Shown: positions 50,411-60,685 of the stretch, one piece after another
Position numbering within the stretch: position 1 is the first letter of the stretch
How the letters are laid out: every line of letters begins with the position of its first letter
DNA from: Perkinsela sp. CCAP 1560/9
Taxonomy: Eukaryota > Protista > Euglenozoa: Kinetoplastea
Direction: 5' to 3'
Length of the DNA: 64,000 bases
NCBI GenBank assembly: GCA_965644495.1
Contig: CBFFSA010000002.1
Location: 1,302,001 to 1,366,000 of the forward strand
The notes under the pieces: generated by a model
The model's database searches: none
What the model saw: only the letters and a program-made list of their open reading frames with translations
Told to the model about the DNA's origin: nothing
Program-made: the position numbers and the translations under genes

Positions 50411-52213
50411 TTACCCTTCTAAAAGTGCGAACTGAAAATGAACCTGGGAGGCCAGCTTTTCTAAGCTGTCCCTTGCGGATTGTGGCGTGCAACCACGTGC
50501 TGCAATCCAACCCAATGCCGTGCTTCGATGGGGTGGTGGGTGAAGTTCCTGGCCCACAGACCAGTACAGCTGATGTCCTACGTAACAAGGGTCATCGAGA
50601 ACACTCGGTACCACCCATTGATCACGCAAAACTGCTGCCACCGAACATGGAGGGAAGTTTAAAGTAGCGACATATTGGTTCGCTGAGAGCGTATGCGGAT
50701 ATAAAGCTGGGGTGATAAAGTGAAACGTGTTTGTGTTGTCCGATGATTTGGAAGTTTCAGAGTTTCCTGCGTTCAAAAGGGGTGTAGTAGGGTGTTCAAC
50801 GTGAATTGCACTGATAAATTTCACTGTGGGATGCGCGGTGACAGGAAGCGAACAGTTTCGTAAAAACGTATTTTCCGCAAGCTTCCAGACATGTTCCTTA
50901 ATCGGATATGCGGCTTTCGCACGAGCATGAATGGTAGGAGAAAGTCCGCACGCGATGCGACAATATTGTACTGCCAGATCAATTCCTGTGACAGCTAAAT
51001 TCAGCGCGTGCGTTTCCGCAGCGCCGAGTCTGAGGTTGACTTCTACAACGTATGCTTTATTTCTGCGCATGTCATATTTGGCTTCAAAATGCATAACAGT
51101 GTTTAATTGCGAGCCATGTATGGCAACAAACTTTCTTGTGAGACAAATGAGCTTCTCCAGCGCCTCGCTCGGTAGCGCACTTGGGGCTAGTCCTCCCGAT
51201 TCCACAAAATATGGCGCACTATGCGGAGCGCAATTATCAGAAACCAAGGCATACTGTAAGTCTCCATGGTGAATGACGCAGTCAATGTCCACTTCTGGGC
51301 CTTCTATGTATTCTTCAATTAGCACAGAGAGTGGTGTACCTAGTGCATTCCAGTGATCTCGTTCCTTCTCATTGAAAGCAGATTGTGTGTTTGACAAGCA
51401 GCGGATAGGAGTCGATGGCGATTGCTCAGTATTCACGCGTTCGGATTCGTCGCTCACGTTTTCTTCATAAGGTAAAGTGGGTGGCGTTGGAATGTTTCCG
51501 CCATTTGATTTATTGAGAATACTCAATACGTTTTGAGCTGCACACTTGAGTTGTGCATAGTCTTCGCATTTTTGTACCAAAGCCCCACCAGCACCGGGAT
51601 TGGGCTTTACAATTAAAGGAAATTGTATCAAGTGCGAGCAGTGCACTGCTCGCATTTTTGTTCCCGTTTCTATTTTAGACATTCGGTCTGCATCAGTGAT
51701 TAGCCCGCCTTCATTGTCCGCCAATAAGCGAAGAATTCCTTGTAGTTCGCCCAACGTACGAATGCTACGACTCCATGGGGCGCACAACCCTGTGTCGTGG
51801 CACCAATTTCTAAATCGAGCTTTGTCATGAGTGCAACGGATTACCTCGACAGGCGCAGGACACGAAATTTTACCCAGAGCAGTTGCTAGCGCCGCGGCTG
51901 GATAAACCCCATACTCGTCGAAGGAGAGAACACCGTCAATAAGAGCTTCCGATGGGTAACTTCTTACTTGTAACGACTCAATTTCCTGTTGCACATGTGC
52001 TATCATAGGCTCAACCTTCTGCGTGTCGGTAAGAATCCATTTCCACACGTAAGGAGTCGCCCAACTTACAACATGGGGGTGTACCATCACTATGCGAACT
52101 CCCGATTCGTACAGTGTGCGATAGGCGACGACTCGACTGTCACTACTCGTCCTGACAAACAAGACGCATTTCCCTTCCAGCTCTTGCCCCTTGATATTCG
52201 GTGATGACATCAC
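50411..52213 (-). CDS. ATP-grasp ligase (carnosine synthase / L-amino-acid ligase-like)
   Basis: DGVLSFDE, HDKARFR, FPLIVKP..GAGG..V, LIEEYIEGPEVDID, HFEAK, VEVNLRLG. Confidence 0.85.
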   Translation of the reverse strand: MMSSPNIKGQELEGKCVLFVRTSSDSRVVAYRTLYESGVRIVMVHPHVVSWATPYVWKWILTDTQKVEPMIAHVQQEIESLQVRSYPSEALIDGVLSFDEYGVYPAAALATALGKISCPAPVEVIRCTHDKARFRNWCHDTGLCAPWSRSIRTLGELQGILRLLADNEGGLITDADRMSKIETGTKMRAVHCSHLIQFPLIVKPNPGAGGALVQKCEDYAQLKCAAQNVLSILNKSNGGNIPTPPTLPYEENVSDESERVNTEQSPSTPIRCLSNTQSAFNEKERDHWNALGTPLSVLIEEYIEGPEVDIDCVIHHGDLQYALVSDNCAPHSAPYFVESGGLAPSALPSEALEKLICLTRKFVAIHGSQLNTVMHFEAKYDMRRNKAYVVEVNLRLGAAETHALNLAVTGIDLAVQYCRIACGLSPTIHARAKAAYPIKEHVWKLAENTFLRNCSLPVTAHPTVKFISAIHVEHPTTPLLNAGNSETSKSSDNTNTFHFITPALYPHTLSANQYVATLNFPPCSVAAVLRDQWVVPSVLDDPCYVGHQLYWSVGQELHPPPHRSTALGWIAARGCTPQSARDSLEKLASQVHFQFALLEG

Positions 52214-52601
52214 TCATTAAGGAACTTGATACATGAATTTTTCATCTCGCTTGTGCATGTGGTGCGCGGACGCCATTGTTAGGAAAATTAATTTGATGCA
52301 AATGTACGTATGGTTATAGGACGAGAAACACTAAATTATTACTCAGAAAAATCCATAAAAGGACTCTTGGTTATAGGGTGATATGAATAGGTTGATTCAA
52401 AAAAAACGGTTGATGTATATGTACATACGAAAAGGTTGATGTACATGTACATGTACATGGAAGTTCTATTTATCGGAACGTGTATGCTACAGCAATTCAA
52501 AGTGGGTGGATCAAAGTACCGTCTGAGAGCCATGTGAGAGAATCTGTAAAAATCCTTCCAACGTGTCGAAGAGTGGAAAATATCGTACAATTTAAATTGT
52601 A

Positions 52602-53891
52602 TCATTTCTGCCTATTTTTTCTTTTCGCTCGTTTCCGCTCTTTTCTGATGGCTTTTTTACTTTGATTCTTGCTCTTAGATTTTCCTCCCCTCATGGCACT
52701 TTTACATCCTGGTGTAGGTGTCGGGTATATACCTGCAAAAAGATTTATCACGCCCGGGTTAGCCATTCCTGGTGTTTGGCGTGCCGATGAGGGAGGCTTC
52801 GCAGAGACATGATATTTTGCACTAGAACCTTGAACTACGCTAGGAAACAAGCCCCGCGTAACAGGATCAGCGATGTTGAGTATGCCCGGAATCCAGTGCA
52901 CTTGTAAATGACAATTTTCTTCGAACAGTAAATTTTGCAGTTCCTTGATCCATATCCATTGTCGTTTTTCTACAAACTGTTCGCGCCTTCGATCCGCCCC
53001 TCGCAGTATTAAATCTGCATCTGGTAAGAGGCATTTCTCAAACTTGATTTGTTCCAGTGCACGAACAAGTCCTATAGCATCACTGAAAACATGCAAGGTC
53101 CGCAGTCCAGTAAACGTGGCCAGCGCATGTGTAATTCCATGTACGGCCGCCAAGAGCTCCTCGTCATGGGTACCGCGCCTTATAAATTCCAAGCTGTACG
53201 CAGCACTTTCGATGGCAAAACGTGTAGGCGCGAGGTGAACCAGTCCCCAGCCATGACGCGAGGCATCAATAAAAACCGCAGAGGAACTGACCGGTAGCGG
53301 CTCGATGGTATGTTTACGCCTTCGGCAGCTGGCTCGTACTACGTTCCATCCTTCCGTTCCAACACAATAAAACAGATCCGTGACCATGTGACGAACCCAG
53401 TCCTCCATCTTCCACTGACTAAGAGTGATCAGCACCTTCTGACACATGCTTCGAGACTGCTCTACAAAGGATGGGTTGCCGCCGGGGTCTGGAGTATTCC
53501 GAGAAGCGCGGAAACGCCGTTTCGCTGCACGACTCTCCGCCCTATCTATCTGCCGGAAAACTGCTCTTCGTACTTGATCGATATGCGCCATTTTACGTAT
53601 TTGCCGTGTCTCGCTTGAACCTATTTCCCTTTCTAGCTTAAATCGGCTCTCTCTGACACCCAAATACGGTATATTATTTTGCTCTTGAGCATTTTTTTGA
53701 GCGTTTTTCTTTTTGTTTCTTTTTTTCTTCTTAGTTGTGAGTAAAGCAGAGGTTCCGTGAAAACAACAAAAACTAAAAGACTGTAACTTGTTTAGAATGG
53801 GTGTCGATAAATTTCCGCGCGTAAAGAACTTAGTAGAGGCAACTCCTGCACTCCTAACCATGAGTTTTCCGATCATCCCTATCATGGACAT
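52602..53891 (-). CDS. Retroelement-type (DIRS/VIPER) RNase H domain protein with mitochondrial-type leader
   Basis: SAVFIDASRHGWGLV, DEELLAAVHGI, HVFSDA, HWIPGILNIADPVTRG give a D-E-D-D tetrad. Intact frame, no RT domain. Confidence 0.82.
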   Translation of the reverse strand: MSMIGMIGKLMVRSAGVASTKFFTRGNLSTPILNKLQSFSFCCFHGTSALLTTKKKKRNKKKNAQKNAQEQNNIPYLGVRESRFKLEREIGSSETRQIRKMAHIDQVRRAVFRQIDRAESRAAKRRFRASRNTPDPGGNPSFVEQSRSMCQKVLITLSQWKMEDWVRHMVTDLFYCVGTEGWNVVRASCRRRKHTIEPLPVSSSAVFIDASRHGWGLVHLAPTRFAIESAAYSLEFIRRGTHDEELLAAVHGITHALATFTGLRTLHVFSDAIGLVRALEQIKFEKCLLPDADLILRGADRRREQFVEKRQWIWIKELQNLLFEENCHLQVHWIPGILNIADPVTRGLFPSVVQGSSAKYHVSAKPPSSARQTPGMANPGVINLFAGIYPTPTPGCKSAMRGGKSKSKNQSKKAIRKERKRAKRKNRQK

Positions 53892-54365
53892 TCCCACTTG
53901 CTCGACAGCATCTCGAAATATTTACTTGTGTATTCAAGTCAAAACAAGAAAAGATAGAACGTGTAATATTAAAATTCGTACGTTAGACAAAATAAAATTG
54001 TAGCACACCCTTTAAAATTTGTATCAAGCGGATATCGGAATCTGCTGGACTATTACAAAGATACAACGTATAGCCGCGCAACCTTTGCAAGTATGTATTC
54101 ACGGAAACCTTAAAAGTACATAAACGCAGAAAAGATTACGTTGGCGTCAGTCAGACAAAGCTGCTGGTCAGTACTGTTCCAAAGTTCAATAGTGTTTGGG
54201 TACATTTAAAATACATTTTTTAATCGATACAAGCTTCATATAATGTTTGCAGAATATTGAGTATTGTAGCATTAAAAGCGTAAAAACGCCAAGAATATAC
54301 TACATTGTGTGGCATGTTATGTAATATAGTAGAGCAGATCGCCGGCGGTGGGGGTACATTTAATA

Positions 54366-54947
54366 TTAAGTTGTAGCACTAACTGTATCAAATAGTGCCG
54401 TTTGCTTTGATAAATTTCCGGGATGTTCTTTTCCCTCGGCTGTGGCTTTCTGCGCGTTTGCCTCATTGTCCCGTACCAGATCTTCTGGACATCCCCCGTG
54501 GTCGTGTGCCATGCACGCCTCGACAACCCGACCTACACGGAAGTTGCCGCACTGCACACAGGCCTTCATTACCCAACTCCAGGTCTCACCATTCGACTTG
54601 ATCTTGTTCCGGTGCTCCATTTCCTCAATGATGTCCAACATCGCACACACTTTACTTTCCCCGGGTGTTGCATCCTTTTGCTTCTTCTCGCACTCGTAGA
54701 TTCTTTGAAGCGCGGTGTTGTACGTCGCTAGGTCGGGCGGAGTGTTTTGAAGATTCATTTGCACCATTAGATCTCCAGCTTCGTCGTAATATTGCACTTT
54801 TTTAATTTTTTCCATCCAGGGTTGGGTGTTGGTACTCACTTCATATCCAAACAGATCGTATTTCTTGGTCGAGGTGGCGCAGTGTCGGACAGCTGTAGGG
54901 ACAACCAATGTACCGACACAGGACACCAAACGGTGAAGTCGGCGCAT
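54366..54947 (-). CDS. p18: Mitochondrial F1-ATPase subunit p18 (euglenozoan-specific)
   Basis: KKYDLFGYEVSTNTQPWMEKIKK..YYDEAG, PPDLATYN, ESKVCAMLD, NEANAQKA..EGKEHPG closely match trypanosome p18. Confidence 0.95.
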   Translation of the reverse strand: MRRLHRLVSCVGTLVVPTAVRHCATSTKKYDLFGYEVSTNTQPWMEKIKKVQYYDEAGDLMVQMNLQNTPPDLATYNTALQRIYECEKKQKDATPGESKVCAMLDIIEEMEHRNKIKSNGETWSWVMKACVQCGNFRVGRVVEACMAHDHGGCPEDLVRDNEANAQKATAEGKEHPGNLSKQTALFDTVSATT

Positions 54948-55088
54948 CAATATGAAGCCAATATTAAACAAACAAATGTTTAAGAAATGAACGATCTAAG
55001 GTGATCTTGCGATACTACATGAGATCACGCTAGATCATAAAAGATTCTTTAGAATTATGCTAGATGTTTCTATTTGAAAAGATTTTCT

Positions 55089-56687
55089 TCAGATTTGTGG
55101 AGAATTTTCTAATTGCCGGGACTGTCTTTTCCCCTGAACTACGTTCCGAATGAAGAGTTCTCCTGCCTTGTAGCTGGAACGCACCATGGGACCACTGGCA
55201 ACATAGAGAAACCCCAAATTCTCGCCGTAAGACTTGTAGTGTTCAAATTCATCGGGGTGAACAAAACGCTCGACTTTTTTGCGGCTGCGGTCAGGCTGCA
55301 GATATTGACCCAGGGTGAGGAAGTCTACCCCCGCGTCTTTGAGATCCCGCATGGATTCTTCCACCTCGCGCATAGTCTCCCCGAGCCCCACCATGAGACT
55401 CGACTTTGTGAATAGCTTTGGGTTTACCGATTTCGCGTACCGCAGCACCTGTAAGGACTGGTCGTACGACGCACGACGGTCCCTAATATAGGGAGTAATC
55501 CGCCTAACCACTTCCAAGTTGTGGGCATAAACATGCAAACCACTATGTGCGACTTTCTCAATGCTACTCTGCTTCCCGCGGAAATCACCCACAAGACACT
55601 CAATGAGAAGATCCCGTGAGTCGTCACCCCCTGACACAACACAAGATTCCAATACCTTTTCGCTGTCCCCTTCGTGCGGCGTAATCTCATGTTCGGTGGA
55701 GTTACCCGGTTTCATAACCAAATCCTCCTTTTGTTGGTCATCACCTTCCCCTCTCCCCTCCCTCCTCCCCCGCAAAATCTCCCCAATCGTCCTCACCACA
55801 TGCCCCGCCCCCCCATCCGGAAGATCATCCCGGTCCACCATCGTAAGCACGACGTAGGACAGGTTCAGCCCCCGCAGGGCGTCTCCAATCCGCCGCGGCT
55901 CCCCCTCCTCCAGCGGCCTCGGGTGGCGCCGGGTCTGGACGCTACAGAACCGGCACCCCCGGGTGCACTCGTGGCCCATCATCATGACGGTGGCGGTGGC
56001 GACCCCGGAGTCCCCGCCCCCCCAGCACTCCCCGATGTTGGGGCACCGTGCCTCCTCGCACACCGTGGACAGGCGGTGGGCGCGCATCTGGGCCTTGAGG
56101 CGCAGGTAGTGGGGGTAGGCGCGGGGGCCCTTGGGGAGGGCGAGGCGCAGCCACGGGGGGAGGGGGGAGCGGCCGCGGGTGGTGGGGGAGGGAATGTTGA
56201 TAGGGTAGGTCGTGGTGGGGAGGGAGGGGGAGGAGGAAGTAGAAACAGAACTGTTGTGGGGCGTAGAGATCGTCTCTACAGTCTGTGTGTTGTTGTTGCT
56301 GGGAGACATAGAGATGGTCTCTATATTCTGTGTGGTGTTGGTGTTGTTGGGAGGCGTAGAAATGGTCTCTATATTCTGTGTGGTGTTGTTGTTGTTGTTA
56401 TTATTGTTGAGAGACGTAGAGATACTCCCCAGAATATCTTGTGTGTTGGTGTTGTTGGGAGGAGTAAACAGGTCAAAATCTTGAGGTCCGGGCTCGGAGG
56501 CGAGTCGGGTACGGAAGTTGGTGAGAAAGGTTTGTTGGGTGGGGGTGAGTTCGGGGTGGGTGGAATAGGGATGTGTGGTGGGGGATGTGATAGGGGGAGG
56601 GAAGGTATGGAGGTGGTGGGTGATGTGAGTCGGGGGGTTGAGCTTTGAGAAGGCTCGTAAAGAGGATAGGAGTTGGGTAGAATGCAT
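55089..56687 (-). CDS. LIAS: Lipoyl synthase, mitochondrial (ORF open to 56867)
   Basis: TVCEEARCPNIGECW, CTRGCRFC, VDRDDLPDGG, AHNLEVV, TKSSLMVGLGE, TLGQYLQP, SGPMVRSSYKA. Confidence 0.96.
   Translation of the reverse strand: MHSTQLLSSLRAFSKLNPPTHITHHLHTFPPPITSPTTHPYSTHPELTPTQQTFLTNFRTRLASEPGPQDFDLFTPPNNTNTQDILGSISTSLNNNNNNNNTTQNIETISTPPNNTNTTQNIETISMSPSNNNTQTVETISTPHNSSVSTSSSPSLPTTTYPINIPSPTTRGRSPLPPWLRLALPKGPRAYPHYLRLKAQMRAHRLSTVCEEARCPNIGECWGGGDSGVATATVMMMGHECTRGCRFCSVQTRRHPRPLEEGEPRRIGDALRGLNLSYVVLTMVDRDDLPDGGAGHVVRTIGEILRGRREGRGEGDDQQKEDLVMKPGNSTEHEITPHEGDSEKVLESCVVSGGDDSRDLLIECLVGDFRGKQSSIEKVAHSGLHVYAHNLEVVRRITPYIRDRRASYDQSLQVLRYAKSVNPKLFTKSSLMVGLGETMREVEESMRDLKDAGVDFLTLGQYLQPDRSRKKVERFVHPDEFEHYKSYGENLGFLYVASGPMVRSSYKAGELFIRNVVQGKRQSRQLENSPQI
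56255..56465. repeat. ~45-bp tandem repeats encoding NNTNTTQNIETISTPP in the LipA N-terminus
   Basis: Three to four imperfect copies plus an AAC/poly-Asn run. Confidence 0.8.
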
Positions 56688-57076
56688 GGAGAGTACGGAG
56701 TAAAATATACAACTTGGTTGAAGTGTATGTTGATAAACACGTAAAGTGGAGTGTGGTTTAGGTGACAAAAATGGCGTATGGTAAGGACCCCCTCTGACAG
56801 AGGTCCAACCATTTCTGGTATAAATCTTAAAGAGTTCAGTATACCATGTATTAGGGTATACAAGCACGAAATATAGAGTAGCACTTTTAGTGGTATAATC
56901 GGAATCGGATACGTACTAAGCAGTTAGTAAAAGTTACAGGTCTTTGTTTTGCTCCTACTAATTTCTGGTAATAATAAATAGTGTTTAAGTTTAGCATTCT
57001 GTGTCGAGTCAAAAGAAAGTAAAAAAAGCAATGGGAAAAGCAAATGGTTGCGCAACCTACCAAGAAGCTAGGCACG

Positions 57077-58309
57077 TTACAATTCGTAGAAAGATGTCTC
57101 AGCTCGCTCTTCATCCTTCTTTCGCTGTTCCTCTTCCATCTGTTCCTGTCTCTCCTTGCGACGTTGCTTTCTTTCTCTTTTTCTCTCACGTTTACGTTCA
57201 GCATCCTCCTCCTTGTCACGTATTTCCTCCAGTTCCTTCTCCTTTTCGATTGTTTTCCCCCAGGTTTCCGTAATGAACGCCTCTACTTCCTCAACACTGT
57301 CTGAGACGATAATGTTATCAAACACGGTTCCATTTTTAACGTTCCAGAGCTCAAACCCAACAGAGTTAAGTGGCTTTCGGCTCCAGTACAAATACGGATC
57401 CGGGTGGTATAAAGGATTATGCAGCTGCTGAGGCTGAAAAGGTTTGTAATTCGGATTTTTGATACGGCCGGGAAACCAGTGCCCCTTGGCATTTTTATTA
57501 TCTATCAGGGGTGCAGTCCAGTTTCCATCCTCATCGTCATCCCAATCCTCCGGTTTATCCACGTCCGGGTCCGGTATCTTCTTCGGCTCCCTATCCCAGT
57601 CGTCCGGTTTCTTGTCATCCGGGTCCGTGACCCACTCCTCTCCCTCGTCGTAGTCATCCGGGAACTCATCAGTGGTGTCGTCCAGCGTGGGCTCAGGCAG
57701 CAGTTCCCAATCGCGCTCAATTTCTCCACCATCAAAGTATTCGTTATCCACCCGGACCTCATAGGTGTTATCCGGGCGAATAATCAACGTATACAGGTGG
57801 GTGAGTTTATCACGTTTGCATTTTGGCTCCTTCAGCCACGGCACATTCACCCCCTGGTAGTTCCACATAATTTGCACCTTCCACGGACCACAGATGTCGG
57901 GTCCAAACATGATAAAATAAGGCGTCTTCCCATCAAACTCCTCCTGGTCGATATCGGGCATCAGTTTAATGTATCCTCCCCCGCAGTCATGGTCCTGGTC
58001 ATACTTTACGGTGTACGAAAGAACAAGGGTCTTATTTTTGTTGTCAAAAGGCTTTTTAAATTTCGCACTGATAGCGTACTGGTGCTGATCCTCGGCGGTA
58101 ATCATTCCGCGGTTAATGTTTTCATCTCCATAGGTGGTAGGGAGTCCGAGACGAAAGCGCCCATAGCTGGCATTCGCCCGGCTCTGTATCCATCGCTTCT
58201 CAAAGGGGTTTCCGAAAGGAGTCTCCTCGAAGGTCTCTTTGAAATAGATTTCGGCGCGCAAGGTGGGGCACAAAGGTGCCAGAAACCCTAGAAGGAATAA
58301 GAGAAGCAT
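57077..58309 (-). CDS. CALR: Calreticulin
   Basis: Signal peptide, DCGGGYIKL, IMFGPDICG, THLYTLII.PDNTYEV, KPEDWD repeats, acidic tail ending FYEL. Confidence 0.96.
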   Translation of the reverse strand: MLLLFLLGFLAPLCPTLRAEIYFKETFEETPFGNPFEKRWIQSRANASYGRFRLGLPTTYGDENINRGMITAEDQHQYAISAKFKKPFDNKNKTLVLSYTVKYDQDHDCGGGYIKLMPDIDQEEFDGKTPYFIMFGPDICGPWKVQIMWNYQGVNVPWLKEPKCKRDKLTHLYTLIIRPDNTYEVRVDNEYFDGGEIERDWELLPEPTLDDTTDEFPDDYDEGEEWVTDPDDKKPDDWDREPKKIPDPDVDKPEDWDDDEDGNWTAPLIDNKNAKGHWFPGRIKNPNYKPFQPQQLHNPLYHPDPYLYWSRKPLNSVGFELWNVKNGTVFDNIIVSDSVEEVEAFITETWGKTIEKEKELEEIRDKEEDAERKRERKRERKQRRKERQEQMEEEQRKKDEERAETSFYEL

Positions 58310-58425
58310 TTAAAAAGATAAAAATATTATGACCTAATTTGCTGTTTGCAAAACTTTTCGTAAAGGGTGGAAAAATTGAATTGTGCTTTGTATTGTAAGT
58401 CAGTGAGTAAATTGAAAAAAAGACA

Positions 58426-58554
58426 TAAAGAGGGGGCTCGTTTATTCAATTTTTTCGAGCATTTTTTGCTAACAATAATCGAATGTTAACAATCAATGAA
58501 TTTATCGATTGTTAACAATAAACGAATGCTAACAATAAACGAGCCCCCCCTTTA
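58426..58554. mobile_element. ~130-bp MITE with 21-bp TIRs and internal 16-bp repeats
   Basis: TAAAGAGGGGGCTCGTTTATT / AATAAACGAGCCCCCCCTTTA; TGYTAACAAT repeats inside. Confidence 0.8.
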
Positions 58555-58677
58555 GATTTTATACACAAGCATTAAGCGTTAAAACAAATTTTAGTATACT
58601 CCCTCACACAACATTGGAACGCACAGATGTGCGTTACAATCGCTTCCTAGTTCCCAGAGTTCACTTTCGCATTCTGC

Positions 58678-59343
58678 CTATTTGTCTCCAGAGAGTCTGC
58701 GCTGCATTTGGTCAGCTACGGTGCGAAGACTTTCTTGATCCCACTGACCCATGGGTTCCCAATACACTCCCAATCCTTCTATACGATTTGGCTTTGGAAT
58801 AAGATGATAATGCACGTGGGGAACGGCTTGGTGAGCCATTGCTCCGTTGTTCTGTAAAACATTATAGTCCTCAGAGGGTAAAAGCCCTCCAACACGACGA
58901 AGCATATGGGCAACAGCTTGAGCCGATTCCTCTGCAACTTCATGCATTTTAGTGTAGTGATTCTTAGGAATAACTAAAGCGTGTCCAACGGCCAAGGGAT
59001 GAATATCCAGAAAGGCTAAAGCTAAGTCAGTCTCCATTATTTTAACACAAGGAAGCTCACCCGAAATTATGCGACAAAAGGGGCAAGAGGGAACGCAAAT
59101 CAGATTCGTGGATATAATATTGTTAAAATTAGATTGCTGTTGATTCCCACTTTTTGCATTCTTGTTTACGGATTTTAGTTGCTTTTTCACTTTCTTGATA
59201 TTCGATTTACTGGCCAATCGATTCGAGTAGCAATACATGGCGACTTGGGGAACAATAAAACATGTCCGCGTGCGCAACAAATTAGCAGCAGAACCCTTAA
59301 TGCAATGAAATTGCCTTTTTTGAAATAACAGAGACAGAGACAT
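58678..59343 (-). CDS. HIT-family (Hint-like) nucleotide hydrolase with N-terminal extension
   Basis: CPFCRII.GELP, AFLDIHP...GHALVIPK.H, QNNG..AHQ.VPHVHYHLIP. Confidence 0.93.
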   Translation of the reverse strand: MSLSLLFQKRQFHCIKGSAANLLRTRTCFIVPQVAMYCYSNRLASKSNIKKVKKQLKSVNKNAKSGNQQQSNFNNIISTNLICVPSCPFCRIISGELPCVKIMETDLALAFLDIHPLAVGHALVIPKNHYTKMHEVAEESAQAVAHMLRRVGGLLPSEDYNVLQNNGAMAHQAVPHVHYHLIPKPNRIEGLGVYWEPMGQWDQESLRTVADQMQRRLSGDK

Positions 59344-59852
59344 ACACAATTAGCTCAACGAGTTCATCCTGTAGTTTCGTAGAGCGAGATCAAAATAAGA
59401 TTCCAATAGAAATACAAAAACATGTTTGTGGCATAAAAAGGTGTACATTGGTGGAGGTGCCATTTTCTCGCAATCCTATGTTGAATATGATTAATTTTAA
59501 AAACTGAAACAAAATACACATAAGAAGTGTTTTTCTCCAAAAAAGGCTATACAGACAGGAAGCAAAAAACTTTATCCCCAAGAGGAAACAATTGGCTAGA
59601 TCCCACTGTGATCGTTCGGGAGCTCACCCACACCCTATAACCTTTCCTTTAGATTTCTACTTTCACGGCCTAGCTAGCAAGTGAATAAGAAAATGACGCA
59701 TCTTTTATGAAGATAAAAGAAAGAATCCTTTTCGGCACATGCATTCCGACCTGTAGAAACCGGTGTTCAGGTTAATGCAGGTTTATACAGTTTTAAAGAT
59801 ATGATCGCCATGACAATTTTACACGTTACATCCAAGCTCTATAATTTCTTGT

Positions 59853-60494
59853 TCAATAATATCTGCACGTTATTCGTCCATCGGCCCAGTTCGTGACGTG
59901 CCTCTCTTTCATGTTGTTCCAACATTGAATTTTTGTCCCTGAGAAATCGTACGTCGTGTGCTCTGGAAGCTCGTGTTCCCCAAGTGTCCCAGTTAGCTCT
60001 TCATTTTCCTGAAGCCATAGTGCCGACAGAGTCGTAGGCACCACTTGAAAATACACATTCCCAGAAAATTTATTTGACCGCAATCCCAAAACTTGGAGAG
60101 TAGAAGGAAGTCCTGAAAGATCGACCCTACCGCTCAGCTGATTGTGATTTACAAAAAAGTATTCCAATTGTGGCGGTAAGTTAATAAGATCTACTTCGCC
60201 CTCAAGACTGTTTGGTGAAACGCTGAAGAATGTCAATGTTCGAGGTAAATGTTGCCATAACATGGAGCCATGTAGTTTTAACCAGTCCCAAGTAATGCGA
60301 TCAACCATGGCTGCATCATTACAAGTAACACCACTCCACCTACACGCATTTGTTGCCGTTGTCCACGAGGAATGGGTGTTCTCAACATTTCGCACGAGGC
60401 GCTCCAATTCATATTCCTGGGAAAATATCATTCCGCGAACCTTGCCTGGCCGAGTACCTTGCGTCGAGGGATCGACGCACGTAGACGTGTTCAT
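59853..60494 (-). CDS. Leucine-rich repeat protein (same family as 21097)
   Basis: CRWSGVTC cap and LPxxLxxLxxxxNxLxGxVDL repeats. Confidence 0.9.
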   Translation of the reverse strand: MNTSTCVDPSTQGTRPGKVRGMIFSQEYELERLVRNVENTHSSWTTATNACRWSGVTCNDAAMVDRITWDWLKLHGSMLWQHLPRTLTFFSVSPNSLEGEVDLINLPPQLEYFFVNHNQLSGRVDLSGLPSTLQVLGLRSNKFSGNVYFQVVPTTLSALWLQENEELTGTLGEHELPEHTTYDFSGTKIQCWNNMKERHVTNWADGRITCRYY

Positions 60495-60685
60495 ATAGTG
60501 TTGATGATATTGTATACTGCAATAAGGACTACTCTATACTTTTTGTATTGTTCTGGAACGATTAAATGTTTGACTAGTATAACTACTCACACGCAAAGAG
60601 CTAAAACGGTATAAAATACCTACCTCTCGTTCCATAAAAAAAACAGGGTTCGACCTACAGTAACAGTGCCAGCTGGCCAAAAAAT

